DNA of 46,269 nucleotides from a virus (Duplodnaviria; Caudoviricetes), in the IMG/VR virus record IMGVR_UViG_3300037511_000401, positions 1 to 46,269 of that record; one strand, given 5' to 3'. A program made the position numbers and the translations under genes. A model generated the notes under the pieces. That model did no database searches. It was given only the letters and a program-made list of their open reading frames with translations, and had not been told where the DNA came from. Shown in pieces: positions 8,201-16,318 of the stretch. How positions within the stretch are numbered: the first letter of the stretch is position 1; each line of letters opens with the position of its first letter.

Positions 8201-10576
8201 GAACGCATGGTCGACCTCACGGCCATGGACTGCCAGGCCATCGGCAACTGGTCCAACGGCTGGATGATCCAGAACGCGGCCAACTCGCAGATGGTCGGAT
8301 GCCGCGCCGAGTGGAACGGCAACCACGGGTTCTACCTGAGCGGCGACTGGGGCAACGGCGCCGGGTCCGGCGGCATGCTGATGTCGGGCTGCTCAACCGA
8401 CCGCAACGGCAACAATGGCGTCTACCTGGACTGCACCGGCACGCCGCCCATCGTCATCTCCAATCTGATGACCCGGCGCGACGGCCGCAACGGCGGAACC
8501 GGCGGCGGCAACTACGCCGGTCTCGCCGCGAACGGCGCCACCACCCCGATCATCATCGGCGACTGGACGAACTTCCCCGGCGTGGACGACGGCGGAGCGT
8601 CGACCAACTCCCCCGACTACGGCGCCTCCTTCACGGGCACCACCTACGTCCAGATTGACAACGCCTACCTGCACGCAGCCGTGGACGGCCTGCGTGACGG
8701 AGGCGGCAACGGCGAGATCCGGCTGGGCTCGAACATCACCTATGCGATCGGCACCACCAGCACCTTCACCAGGGGGCGGGTCCCTTCCGGCGAGATCGTT
8801 GTCGCGGCAGCCGACTCGGCTTCCGCCGACGAGGCCGACTTCATCTGCACCGGCACCAACGACCACCTGGTGATCCAGCAGGCGATCGACCTGGTCGACT
8901 CGGCCACTGGAAAGGGCCGGGTCCGCCTGCTGGACGGAACCTTCAACCTGGGCGCCACGATCAACTGGCCGGGCGGCGTGGGGCTCGGTCTGGTCGGTTC
9001 CGGCTGGGGCACCGTGCTGAAGCTGGCCAACGGCGTGAACGCCTTCGCCATCAACTTCTCCGGCGCCGAGACGCGCTCGCTCTTCCGCGACTTCACCATC
9101 GACGGCAACCTGGCCAACCAGACCACCGGGCCGACCGGCGGCATCTGGTGTGACGGTGCCGTGGAGTGCGTCTTCGAGCACATCCACTTCACGAGCTGCG
9201 GAAGCAGCGGCCTCGTGCTGACGTCCCTGACCGGGGGCGCCTTCGGGCACAACAACATCGTCAGCCACTGTCTCTTCGACAACGCGACCACATCGACTCT
9301 CGAAGGGAACGGGATCTACTTCTCGTCGAGCGACGAGAACCTGGTGGTCGGCTGCGACTTCCAGTACCTCGGCGGCTCCGGCCCGGTCATGGCCTCGATC
9401 TACGACACGGCCGGAACGCAGACGATCCTGGGCTGCAACTTCGTCAACGGCGCGAACAGCCGACCGGGTGTTCGTGTGCAGGACGCGGCGTCCACGAAGA
9501 TCGTCGGATGCAACTTCGACGGAGTGGCCGGTGACGCCATCTTCCTCGCCGCCCAGAACTGCGTGGTCGAGGGCAACACCATCTTCGGGGTCGGTTCCGT
9601 CGGAACGGCCGGTGCCTATTCCGGTGTCCACCTGGAATACGGCGCCACGGGCAACGTGGTCTCCGGCAACTCGATCGCCTCCCACACCACGAACGGGGCG
9701 GCCCGGTCACTGATCCGTGAGGAGTCCGTCGGCAGCTCGGGCGGCAACCTGATCGTCGGCAACATGCTCATCACCAAGGGAACCCTCTCGGTCGGCGCCC
9801 TGGACCTGAATGCGCCCGGCACGGTGGCCCGCTCAAACCTGGGCGGCGGGGCGGCCGGTGACCCGGTCGTCACCACGGCCATGATGGGCGCCGCCAACGG
9901 GGTGGCGTCACTCGACTCCGGCGCCCTCGTCCCGGTGGCGCAGATCCCCAGTCTTCCGGCATCGCAGATCACGTCGGGCGCATTCAGCACCGCGCGCATC
10001 CCGGACCTGTCGGCTACCTACCTGCCGGTCAGTACGCACGGAAACCGGTGGGTCCCCAACGATCACGGCCTGATCGCCTGGTCGTTCGACCCGGCCTGCT
10101 CCAGCGCCAACGGAACGGTCATCAGCGCCGGTTACATCTACCTGATCGAGGTGGTCCTGCGCCAGGCGGCCACCATCACGAAGTCGAACCTGGTCATCGG
10201 CGTGGCCGGTGCGACCCTGACCGCGAACCAGAACTTCTTCGGCCTGTACGACTCGGCCGGGAACCGGGTCGCCCTCTCCGCCGACATGTCCACCACGTGG
10301 AACAGTGCGGGCAACAAGACGGTGAACTTCGCCTCGTCGTATTCGGCTGCCGCCGGGAAGTACTACCTGGCCCTGGTCTTCAACGGCACCACCTCGCCGA
10401 CCTTCGCCTGCGGGTCCACTTTCGGGGCCACCTTCACCCCGGGCAACGCGAACCTCTCGTCGGGTTCGTACCGCTTCGCCAGATCGCCTGCGAACGGCAA
10501 CACATCCCTCCCGGCGACGATCATCCTTTCCGGGTATACGCCGGATGCAAACAACCTCTACGGCGCAGTCGGATAG
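5207..10576 (+). CDS. Large tail fibre/spike-like protein with two right-handed beta-helix regions
   Basis: Same N-terminus MALPTERTVTGTYVNPV; VTSVNG/GVATLD fibre repeats; HGAVGDGVADDAT and DHLVIQQAID beta-helix starts; NG/GN-rich repeats; C-terminal HGL.AW..DPA domain shared with the previous gene. Confidence 0.75.
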   Translation: MALPTERTVTGTYVNPVNGEPYDGTDGSNYVIFEPLPERWTDRAGNQILLGGGKVTLDENGHFSETLVCTDAADVFPEEGRLWRIRQFIGGTWVSNAFELPVGSGALDISDMASVEIDGVEYVPVPGPAGNAGPEGPSAYEVAVANGFVGTEAQWLASLEGPQGEPGLSGGMDSGITSGGDISVNASNPLAVDISPLTAQIVDYLADPVTVTPVTSPSVITVELDSVAQTRAITWLLMDATLTVYQQAARPGPEDRRNYVVLGMVAQDAGSIFLAQSIPTIVRNPVNQLYDLMDSIGAFSISGNDVSPAGVNLSLNVGTGQIFSRGWNHFDGPSETNNPHITTTVGATPASWTHILRNSDLTHSLQTPTVDVGHYDNGGTLTALSAGQAAVHQLWMFPTNEGEEVHVLQYGQQAYATLDDAVAAAGKEAFAVNQALPGNAINLGFLAALGSATNLSDSTQALVVKAGKFGSGPGGGAAVDLSGYALLSGAEFTGTVSSLLSADSDLAQTSRTTVNTNDLWRRLTTGEMQWGSGTGPMDTFLKRLGVGLLALINSDLLIGGEGEKSYRLRQSGGALDLDASGADLFVSVFSLVDFLGQQNTYLRLEAGSYIAHAGGVWQFGDGPNDTTVHTIDGVNNLIGLFGATPVGRQTVAGERTTGAALQSLLDGLEALGLITDTSTAGAAVVETVNGQSGPDVTLSAANVGAVDTTEKGAAGGVATLGLDGKVPSGQLPAESVTSVNGETGAVSLSAADVGAIDATEKGAANGVATLDGTGKVPSGQLPTAPVTSVNGETGAVSLSAADVGALDQATADGLYMAQDSLVFNAMEHGAVGDGVADDATVINNLLSTSPAGSVVVLPPHVYGTGVPIVVPPGKTLMSLRSDLMTVTGLYEPNAQIKPLSTFTGVAAIRFLDATDGGYATISGEQRVINLTVDGANLAAGVDGIQAKGNIQNVALRDLTIRHFPNSGIYCGLQGGVAPYSWRLHRVMLDNNHAHGFFGERMVDLTAMDCQAIGNWSNGWMIQNAANSQMVGCRAEWNGNHGFYLSGDWGNGAGSGGMLMSGCSTDRNGNNGVYLDCTGTPPIVISNLMTRRDGRNGGTGGGNYAGLAANGATTPIIIGDWTNFPGVDDGGASTNSPDYGASFTGTTYVQIDNAYLHAAVDGLRDGGGNGEIRLGSNITYAIGTTSTFTRGRVPSGEIVVAAADSASADEADFICTGTNDHLVIQQAIDLVDSATGKGRVRLLDGTFNLGATINWPGGVGLGLVGSGWGTVLKLANGVNAFAINFSGAETRSLFRDFTIDGNLANQTTGPTGGIWCDGAVECVFEHIHFTSCGSSGLVLTSLTGGAFGHNNIVSHCLFDNATTSTLEGNGIYFSSSDENLVVGCDFQYLGGSGPVMASIYDTAGTQTILGCNFVNGANSRPGVRVQDAASTKIVGCNFDGVAGDAIFLAAQNCVVEGNTIFGVGSVGTAGAYSGVHLEYGATGNVVSGNSIASHTTNGAARSLIREESVGSSGGNLIVGNMLITKGTLSVGALDLNAPGTVARSNLGGGAAGDPVVTTAMMGAANGVASLDSGALVPVAQIPSLPASQITSGAFSTARIPDLSATYLPVSTHGNRWVPNDHGLIAWSFDPACSSANGTVISAGYIYLIEVVLRQAATITKSNLVIGVAGATLTANQNFFGLYDSAGNRVALSADMSTTWNSAGNKTVNFASSYSAAAGKYYLALVFNGTTSPTFACGSTFGATFTPGNANLSSGSYRFARSPANGNTSLPATIILSGYTPDANNLYGAVG
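7256..7630 (+). repeat. About 150-bp intragenic tandem repeat (2.5 copies of a ~50-aa fibre motif)
   Basis: VTSVNGETGAVSLSAADVGA...EKGAA.GVATL...GKVPSGQLP is repeated; a further partial copy lies near 9885. Confidence 0.8.
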
Positions 10577-10585
10577 GAGACCTTC

Positions 10586-10666
10586 ATGACCGTACGAGAC
10601 ATTCTCGGAATCCTGCTCGTGGTCCTCATCGTGGTGATCGTGCTGGCCCTCGTGGGAGTCGTATGA
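10586..10666 (+). CDS. 26-aa single-TM peptide
   Basis: MTVRDILGILLVVLIVVIVLALVGVV; RBS AGGAG overlaps the stop of the upstream gene. Confidence 0.55.
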   Translation: MTVRDILGILLVVLIVVIVLALVGVV

Positions 10667-10669
10667 GGA

Positions 10670-10706
10670 AGGCCCACCCGGGGTACCGACGCCCCCAGGT
10701 GGGCCT
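10670..10706. terminator. Hairpin between convergent genes
   Basis: AGGCCCACC...GGTGGGCCT outer stem. Confidence 0.55.
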
Positions 10707-10723
10707 GCCAGCGCACCATCTTG

Positions 10724-11053
10724 TCAGAACCCGCCGCCGCCGTCACAGCCCGACGAGCCGGAGTCGTGCGATCCGAACGAGGAATGCGACGAGCCGGAGT
10801 CGTGCGAGGTGTGGCTGCTGTGCCCTCCGTACGAGCCGCCCGAGTGGTGCGGGGTGTGTGACGGCGTCGAGTGGTGCGAGCTGGTGCCGCAGTCGTCGGG
10901 CCTGCTCGGGGTCGACGGCGGGGTGTAGAACACCGCCTGCTGCGCCAGGTCCGTGTCCAGTCGGCTGGGCGGTGCCGTGTAGGTGGAGCGCGGGGCGGGG
11001 GCCGTGGCCGCCTTCTTTTCCGACCGCTTCTTGAACGGGTTTCCCATCTTCAT
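10724..11053 (-). CDS. Hypothetical protein with Ser/His/Gly low-complexity tail
   Basis: MKMGNPFKK...SHDSGSS repeats ending CDGGGGF; start chosen after GGGGAAG. Confidence 0.55.
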   Translation of the reverse strand: MKMGNPFKKRSEKKAATAPAPRSTYTAPPSRLDTDLAQQAVFYTPPSTPSRPDDCGTSSHHSTPSHTPHHSGGSYGGHSSHTSHDSGSSHSSFGSHDSGSSGCDGGGGF

Positions 11054-11225
11054 GCTGGCATCTTCCCCATCCGGAAAACGGATGTCACCGCTCTTGAGGA
11101 AGTCCAGAGGTTTGCCGGATCTGATGGCGATCATGGATACGCGTGGTTACTCTTGCCACACGGCTCCCCACTTGGACCATTTCACCCCAGACGGCCGCTC
11201 TCTTCCCCCCCTTGGAGAGCGGCCG

Positions 11226-11693
11226 TCAGCCTGTGTGCTTCTTGCGCCACAGCTTGCTGTACCTGCGCAGTTTGTGCCGTGCCCCACTCCACCCCATGGG
11301 TCCGGCAGGATCGTCCACTGCCAGATAGAGCCTTGGCGCGGTCCGGGCCAGACCCTCAGCGCTGACGTCCTTCAGCAGACCCTCCGCGAGGAGGCAGTCC
11401 AGCGCTTCCTTCGCCCGGGGGCGTGATGTGGGCTTGCCGTTCACGCCGGGCAGCAGCCAGCAGATCTCGTCGAGCGTGAGGGGCGGTATGCCAGGGCCTC
11501 TCTCGAACTGCATGCTGCGCAGGATGCACCACAGCCTGAAGGCCGTTGGGTTGATGCGCTCGTTGAGCATCACCCAGTCCGGCACCTTCGTAAAGGCGTG
11601 CTGCACATGATTTTGCGGGCCGTCCACGAAGGCCGCCAGAACGTCGACCTTCGCCTTCACCCTGCGGACCACGTCGAGCGCCGCGTCCCTCAT
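11226..11693 (-). CDS. Putative winged-helix DNA-binding protein
   Basis: FTKVPDWVML..INPTAFRLWCIL...AKEALDCL...GLL resembles the N-terminal wHTH of phage/plasmid replication-type proteins; RBS GAGGGG. Confidence 0.55.
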   Translation of the reverse strand: MRDAALDVVRRVKAKVDVLAAFVDGPQNHVQHAFTKVPDWVMLNERINPTAFRLWCILRSMQFERGPGIPPLTLDEICWLLPGVNGKPTSRPRAKEALDCLLAEGLLKDVSAEGLARTAPRLYLAVDDPAGPMGWSGARHKLRRYSKLWRKKHTG

Positions 11694-11817
11694 CTCACCC
11701 CCTCTCTTCCGCTCCAGGTCAAGTGTACCTTCCCTGCCCGGACTTGACGGCCTGGGCCACTTCTGGAAAAGTAGTCATCACCGCCGGACAGGGCGGCCTC
11801 GGAAAGGGGACTGAAGC

Positions 11818-12096
11818 GTGAGCAACGGCCGGAACACCAAGAAGCGCGTAAGCGGATTCGACAAGGCGGCGCAGGCACTCACCAAGGGACTCCCGGACGA
11901 GGCCGCCCAGAACCTCACCTCCATGGTGAAGGAGATCGCGAGCGAGTGCGGGCACAACGACTCGGTCATGATCCGGCGGCTGGAACGCCGACTGCGCCAG
12001 GCGGCCCGCTCGAAGAACTCCTGGGCCCGCCAGGTGCTGACCACGCTGGAGGAGCGGAGGGCGCGTGTATCCGAACCCATGCCCTCAGTGCGGTAA
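11818..12096 (+). CDS. Hypothetical protein
   Basis: RBS AAGGGG; GC3 bias. Confidence 0.6.
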   Translation: MSNGRNTKKRVSGFDKAAQALTKGLPDEAAQNLTSMVKEIASECGHNDSVMIRRLERRLRQAARSKNSWARQVLTTLEERRARVSEPMPSVR

Positions 12097-12226
12097 GGCC
12101 AACGGGTCGGGCTGCGGTCACGGGCTCGGCGGCAACGAGGGCTGAACGCAGGGCATCACGGACCCGGACGTCACAGACGCCGGGTCCGTTTCACTCCAGG
12201 ACGACTCACGGAAAAGGGAGAGGAAC

Positions 12227-12346
12227 GTGCAGAAGTTCAGGCGCTGGGCGCTGCTGACGGCAGCCGGTGCACTCGCCTTCCTGGTCGGCGGCCGGATGCA
12301 GGAAGCCGTCGTCCTCGATCACGACAACACGGCGGGCGCCCGGTGA
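12227..12346 (+). CDS. Small membrane/secreted peptide (39 aa)
   Basis: VQKFRRWALLTAAGALAFLVGG...; RBS GGGAGAGG; GTGA overlap with the next gene. Confidence 0.55.
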   Translation: MQKFRRWALLTAAGALAFLVGGRMQEAVVLDHDNTAGAR

Positions 12347-12735
12347 ACGGCCCCGAGGTGGTCGACGTCGAGGTGTCCATCGGGATACCGAGGGCGCGCA
12401 ACGCGCTCGGAGTGTTCCTGCACCACCCGGACGCCGACAAGAAGGTGGAGGCGGAGTCCGTCGCGTGGACCTGCGGCGCCCAGTTCACCACCTACCCCGA
12501 AGGGCCCGTGCCCGACGAGGGCTCCGGCTACGTCGAGATCAGGGGTGAAGCCCTGTACGTCTCGATCGGCCGGATGTACATCATCTCCCCCCTTCTCATG
12601 AAGGGCGAGGAGGTCACCGACCTGGAGAAGGCGGTCGTGTACTTCACCGACGCGCCGTTCGACCCGGCCGACATGTCCGAGCACACCTGGATGGCGGTAC
12701 ACCTGCCGCTGTTCCATTCCGAGAAGGAGAACTGA
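12343..12735 (+). CDS. Hypothetical protein
   Basis: GC3 bias; coupled to neighbouring genes. Confidence 0.7.
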   Translation: MNGPEVVDVEVSIGIPRARNALGVFLHHPDADKKVEAESVAWTCGAQFTTYPEGPVPDEGSGYVEIRGEALYVSIGRMYIISPLLMKGEEVTDLEKAVVYFTDAPFDPADMSEHTWMAVHLPLFHSEKEN

Positions 12736-12951
12736 ATGACGAGCCGTGACCAGCGTCTGGCCGCGACGAAGTACGCGGGCAAGAAGTCCGCTTCCCAGGC
12801 GGCGCGCGAGAAGAGCCGGGGCCGTACCGTTCCGCAGGCCGTCGCCGAGGACCCCATGGAGGCCATGCGCCGCGCCATCGCCGCGCCGCGCACCGAGGAG
12901 TCCCGGGGTCGCGCCGAGGCGCACAAGAGGAGCCTTCCGCGCCTCGGCTGA
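12736..12951 (+). CDS. Small basic hypothetical protein
   Basis: RBS AAGGAG; abuts the previous stop. Confidence 0.65.
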   Translation: MTSRDQRLAATKYAGKKSASQAAREKSRGRTVPQAVAEDPMEAMRRAIAAPRTEESRGRAEAHKRSLPRLG

Positions 12952-12972
12952 GAGGGCACATCGAGCACCCGA

Positions 12973-13000
12973 AAGGGGGTCCGGAGAACCGGGCCCCCTT
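12973..13000 (+). terminator. Intrinsic terminator-like hairpin
   Basis: AAGGGGGTCCGG / CCGGGCCCCCTT. Confidence 0.65.
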
Positions 13001-13164
13001 CGTCGTGGCCGGATTGTTTTCATGGTTAGTACAGGGATGAACCTCCTCACGTCGTACCCTGGTTCTCCCCCACCGCAGAAACGATCCGCCCTCCGTCATC
13101 CCTTTTAGCCAACTTGAGCGTCAAGGGGTGTTAGGATAGGTACAGTTGAGGAAAGGAGCCCAAC

Positions 13165-13524
13165 GTGGCCAATGTCGAGCAGGAGCCGACGAACCTGAAC
13201 AAGCAGCTTCTGGCTGACGCCCTCTCGGAGAGGGTCGGTCTGTCTCGATCCGTCGCACAGGAAGCCGTGGAAACGGTCTTCGACATCTGTGCCTGGACCG
13301 TAGCCCAGGGCTACACGGTTTCCATCACCAACTTCGGAAGCCTGGAGCTGGTGGAGAAGAAGGCCCGGATGGCGCGGAACCCGCAGACCGGCGACCGCAT
13401 CAAGGTGCCGTCGCACAAGGCCGTGAAGTTCAACGTCTCGCCGCGCCTGAACCAGTACGCCAACTCCACGGATCCGGGAAGTGCGACGATCCGCAAGCGC
13501 GCCAAGGGGCCCGCGTCGAAGTAG
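13165..13524 (+). CDS. hup: HU/IHF family nucleoid DNA-binding protein
   Basis: LNKQLLADAL...VSITNFGSLE...ARMARNPQTGDRIKVP...VKF signature. Confidence 0.92.
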   Translation: MANVEQEPTNLNKQLLADALSERVGLSRSVAQEAVETVFDICAWTVAQGYTVSITNFGSLELVEKKARMARNPQTGDRIKVPSHKAVKFNVSPRLNQYANSTDPGSATIRKRAKGPASK

Positions 13525-13620
13525 TGGCCCAGGCCAAAACGTGATACGCTGTTACCGACGAACAGCGAGCACGCACAGTAAAGTTCGCAGAACGAAGCAG
13601 AACCTCGGAGAGGATCGAAC

Positions 13621-14103
13621 GTGTCCCTGACCACCGCAGTGCGGGCCATCTTCCGGAACGCGGGCAAGAAGTTCCCGGGTGCCGCCGAAGCCGACATCGC
13701 CGTCTACGCGAAGCTCGTCTACGAAGCCGCCGCCACCAACCTGAAGTCCACCTACAAGGACGAGGAGGCCGTCGCCTCCGCCGACGCCGAGATGGCCGAG
13801 GCCGCCGAGCGCGGCGAGGCGTGGGCCGTGAACCTGCGCGACTCCGTCCTCGTGAACGTCGTCAAGCCGGTCGTCGACAAGGCCAACGAGAAGGGCGTCG
13901 ACCCGGTCACCGCCCTGGTGCTGGCCGACTTCGCCGAGGACCAGGCCCGCGAGTACGTCGCCGCGCTGGAGAACCGCTCCACCGACGCCCCCGAGGCCGA
14001 CACCGCCGACGAGGCGGACGAGGACGAGGCCGACTCGGGCGACGACACCGGCTCCACCGACGCCGTCAGCTACGGCTACGGCACCCCGGTCGCCTCGGCC
14101 TGA
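13621..14103 (+). CDS. Hypothetical protein with acidic C-terminal tail
   Basis: RBS GAGAGG; strong GC3 bias; followed by a hairpin at 14125-14160. Confidence 0.75.
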   Translation: MSLTTAVRAIFRNAGKKFPGAAEADIAVYAKLVYEAAATNLKSTYKDEEAVASADAEMAEAAERGEAWAVNLRDSVLVNVVKPVVDKANEKGVDPVTALVLADFAEDQAREYVAALENRSTDAPEADTADEADEDEADSGDDTGSTDAVSYGYGTPVASA

Positions 14104-14186
14104 CCCCGAGACGACGCCCCGAGAAGGCCGGACCTGGAATCCCACCCAGGTCCGGCCTTCCGCGTATCCAAGGAGAGGAAACGAAG

Positions 14187-14501
14187 GTGAGTTCCTACTA
14201 CGCGGTTCCCGTCCGGCGTGAAAACAGGACGCTGATCTACAACCCGTTCGACGGACGGTCCGCCCTGGCTCCCACCCCGCACGACGCCTACTTTCAGCTC
14301 GGCCTGCCCGAGCCCGGCGACATGATCGCCGTCTGGCCGCTGACTCACCAGATCAGCCTGGAGGACGCGGCCAGGGTGTGCTGCCTCATGGCCCCCCTGA
14401 AGATCTACATCGTGGTTGCCGAGGGTGTCATGTTCCCCCTCGGTCTCGACCCGATGCTCGATGCGGTCATGGAGGTGCCGGATGCTGACGCCCACGGATG
14501 A
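14187..14501 (+). CDS. Hypothetical protein upstream of the traB-like gene
   Basis: GTG after AAGGAGAGG; VSSYYAVPV...; overlaps the next start. Confidence 0.65.
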   Translation: MSSYYAVPVRRENRTLIYNPFDGRSALAPTPHDAYFQLGLPEPGDMIAVWPLTHQISLEDAARVCCLMAPLKIYIVVAEGVMFPLGLDPMLDAVMEVPDADAHG

Positions 14502-15825
14502 GGAGCGGCGCCTGCTCTCCCAGCTCACCCCAGAGTGGTGGGCCGCCAACGGCATGAAGGACGTCCTGATCACGCGTTCAGAGATGACGCGAGCCGGAGT
14601 GCTGGCCGACATCGAACTCTCAGGTGAGATGACCCGCGAGAAGCTGGAGGACAAGCGCGACCGGCTGCGCCTCATCCTTGACGTGGAGGACGACCACCCG
14701 CTGGTGATCCTGCCCGGCGGCCGGGCCAAGAGGGCGAAGCTGGCCGTGCGCACGCGGCGTGTGACCGAAGAGATGGACATGCTCTGGCATCCGGGCCGTA
14801 CAGGGCTTGGGGCCGACAGTGTCACGGGCGAGACCGTGGACATCCCGTTCACGTCCCAGCTCCAGGTCTCCGGCGCCAAGGGGTCGGGCAAGTCGTGGGC
14901 GATGCGCCCCCTGATGGCCCGCGCCGTCCTCATGCCCGAGATCAGCCCGGTCTTCGCCGACCCGAAGATCGTCGAGGGGACCTTCTGGGAGGGGGTGATG
15001 CCGGTCTTCTACCCGGGCCAGTTCGAGGAGATGCTGGACCGGGCGGTCGACGACATGAACACCCGGGCGGAGCTGATGCGCAAGGAGCGTTCCAGCGTCT
15101 GGCGTCCCGAGTTCGGCCCGTACAAGATCTACATCGTGGACGAGGGCCGCGAGTTCCTGGGCCAACTGCGCCGGATCGACCAGGTCAACCAGAAGCTGGC
15201 CCGCCTCAAGCGGCGCAGCGAAGAGGACCCCGAGGTCGAGATGTCGCCCGACGAGGGCGAGTGCCTGGACAAGGTCATCAAGATCTCCAGCATGGGCCGG
15301 GCCTGGGGTGTCTTCCTGTGGTGGGCCACTCAGTACCCGATCGTCTCCGGCAAGGCACCTGGCATCGACACGAACATCGACGCCAACGCCGACTGGCGTT
15401 TCTCGCTGCGCGTGAGCAAGCCCGGCCACGCCACTGTGGCACTCGGGGACGACGCGGACTACGGCCCGCACCTGCTCACGGCCGACCCGAGGAACCGTGG
15501 CTTCGGCTACCTCGGCGGCTACGGGCCGTCGCTCATCCAGACGTGGACGGTCACGGACGAGATGATCGGCCTCCTGGCGCACCCGGACCACGGCCGTGGC
15601 CAGTACCCTCGGGATGTCGCTCTGCGGACCCTGAACGGCCAGCCGGAGGCCGTGTGGACCCCGCAGCTCCTGGCCTCTCACGTCGGATGCGGGGCGCGTC
15701 AGGCGAGTCGTTTCCTGCGGTCCTTCTCCCACGAGGGTCTGATGATCTCCGACGGTGGCGCCTACCGGATGGCGGCCGGAAAGGGATCTGTTGACCTAGG
15801 CCAGCAACTCCCTGTAGAGTTCTAA
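14482..15825 (+). CDS. traB: FtsK/SpoIIIE-family ATPase, Streptomyces TraB-like DNA translocase
   Basis: Walker A GAKGSGKS, DPK motif, Walker B YIVDE, GRA.GV.L..ATQ, C-terminal wHTH-like segment; no obvious N-terminal TM region. Confidence 0.75.
   Translation: MLTPTDEERRLLSQLTPEWWAANGMKDVLITRSEMTRAGVLADIELSGEMTREKLEDKRDRLRLILDVEDDHPLVILPGGRAKRAKLAVRTRRVTEEMDMLWHPGRTGLGADSVTGETVDIPFTSQLQVSGAKGSGKSWAMRPLMARAVLMPEISPVFADPKIVEGTFWEGVMPVFYPGQFEEMLDRAVDDMNTRAELMRKERSSVWRPEFGPYKIYIVDEGREFLGQLRRIDQVNQKLARLKRRSEEDPEVEMSPDEGECLDKVIKISSMGRAWGVFLWWATQYPIVSGKAPGIDTNIDANADWRFSLRVSKPGHATVALGDDADYGPHLLTADPRNRGFGYLGGYGPSLIQTWTVTDEMIGLLAHPDHGRGQYPRDVALRTLNGQPEAVWTPQLLASHVGCGARQASRFLRSFSHEGLMISDGGAYRMAAGKGSVDLGQQLPVEF
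15791..15820 (+). promoter_or_regulatory. Housekeeping-sigma promoter for the ncRNA/tRNA cluster, overlapped by a GGCCTAGGCC-type box
   Basis: TTGACC-18 nt-TAGAGT; GACCTAGGCC at 15793-15802. Confidence 0.7.
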
Positions 15826-15931
15826 CTAGTTCGGGATTCCGACCCCGAACGAACGCCCCGAGACGGTTACGGCCCGACTCGGTGCACCCGATCGGCCGGA
15901 GGTTGCTTCCGACCTTCCTCCGGCCGGTCAA

Positions 15932-16005
15932 TGGCGGGTAGCTCAGACGGTTAGAGCACTCCCCTGATAAGGGAGAGGTCAAGGGTTCAAATCCCTTCCT
16001 GCCAA
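15932..16005 (+). tRNA. tRNA-Ile (GAT)
   Basis: Acceptor TGGCGGG/CCTGCCA, D arm GCTC/GAGC, anticodon arm CTCCC-CTGATAA-GGGAG, T arm AAGGG-TTCAAAT-CCCTT; CCA not encoded. Confidence 0.93.
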
Positions 16006-16132
16006 CTCCCCCGCTTTCAGCCGAAGGTGGCCAGGAAGCGGGGTGTCGTACCACTGAGGGCTCCGCAGAGGAGGCACCCGGGGATCCCCGGTCTGCGGAA
16101 GTCCGGCCCGGTGTCTGGCAGGGCACCGGGTT

Positions 16133-16217
16133 GTCCATGTAGTGCAGCGGCCTAGCACGCCTTCCTACTGGGTAAAGCCAGCGGCGGGAAACGCGGGTTC
16201 AAATCCCGTCATGGACA
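16133..16217 (+). ncRNA. tRNA-like RNA with expanded, non-canonical anticodon arm
   Basis: Acceptor GTCCATG/CATGGAC, D arm GTGC/GCAC, T arm GCGGG-TTCAAAT-CCCGT; 33 nt between position 26 and the T stem with no 5-bp/7-nt anticodon arm. Confidence 0.75.
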
Positions 16218-16318
16218 CCGAGGCGGAGGAGGAAGAAGAGCCTCACGATTCCGTGTAGAAGCCCGGACGGGCAACGACCTCTGTAAGCGGAATCTGGGTC
16301 GGACTATTGGGTCCGGCA

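Noticed and set aside
579-9685. Long antisense or alternate-frame ORFs in the track (e.g. 579-1688, 6872-8326, 8393-9685; also 22686-24440, 34268-35635, 38485-40137)
   Set aside because: High-GC shadow frames of real genes, with no RBS or motifs.
14482-15825. Terminase or packaging ATPase
   Set aside because: Motif order (DPK, DE, GRA.G, ATQ) and the C-terminal wHTH fit FtsK/TraB, and there is no nuclease domain.
15932-16005. tRNA as a prophage attachment boundary
   Set aside because: No integrase and no duplicated tRNA 3' end seen, and gene style is the same on both sides.
16048-16130. Hammerhead ribozyme suggested by CTGAGGG and flanking stems
   Set aside because: The core needs CTGANGA and GAAA, which are not present in the right arrangement.
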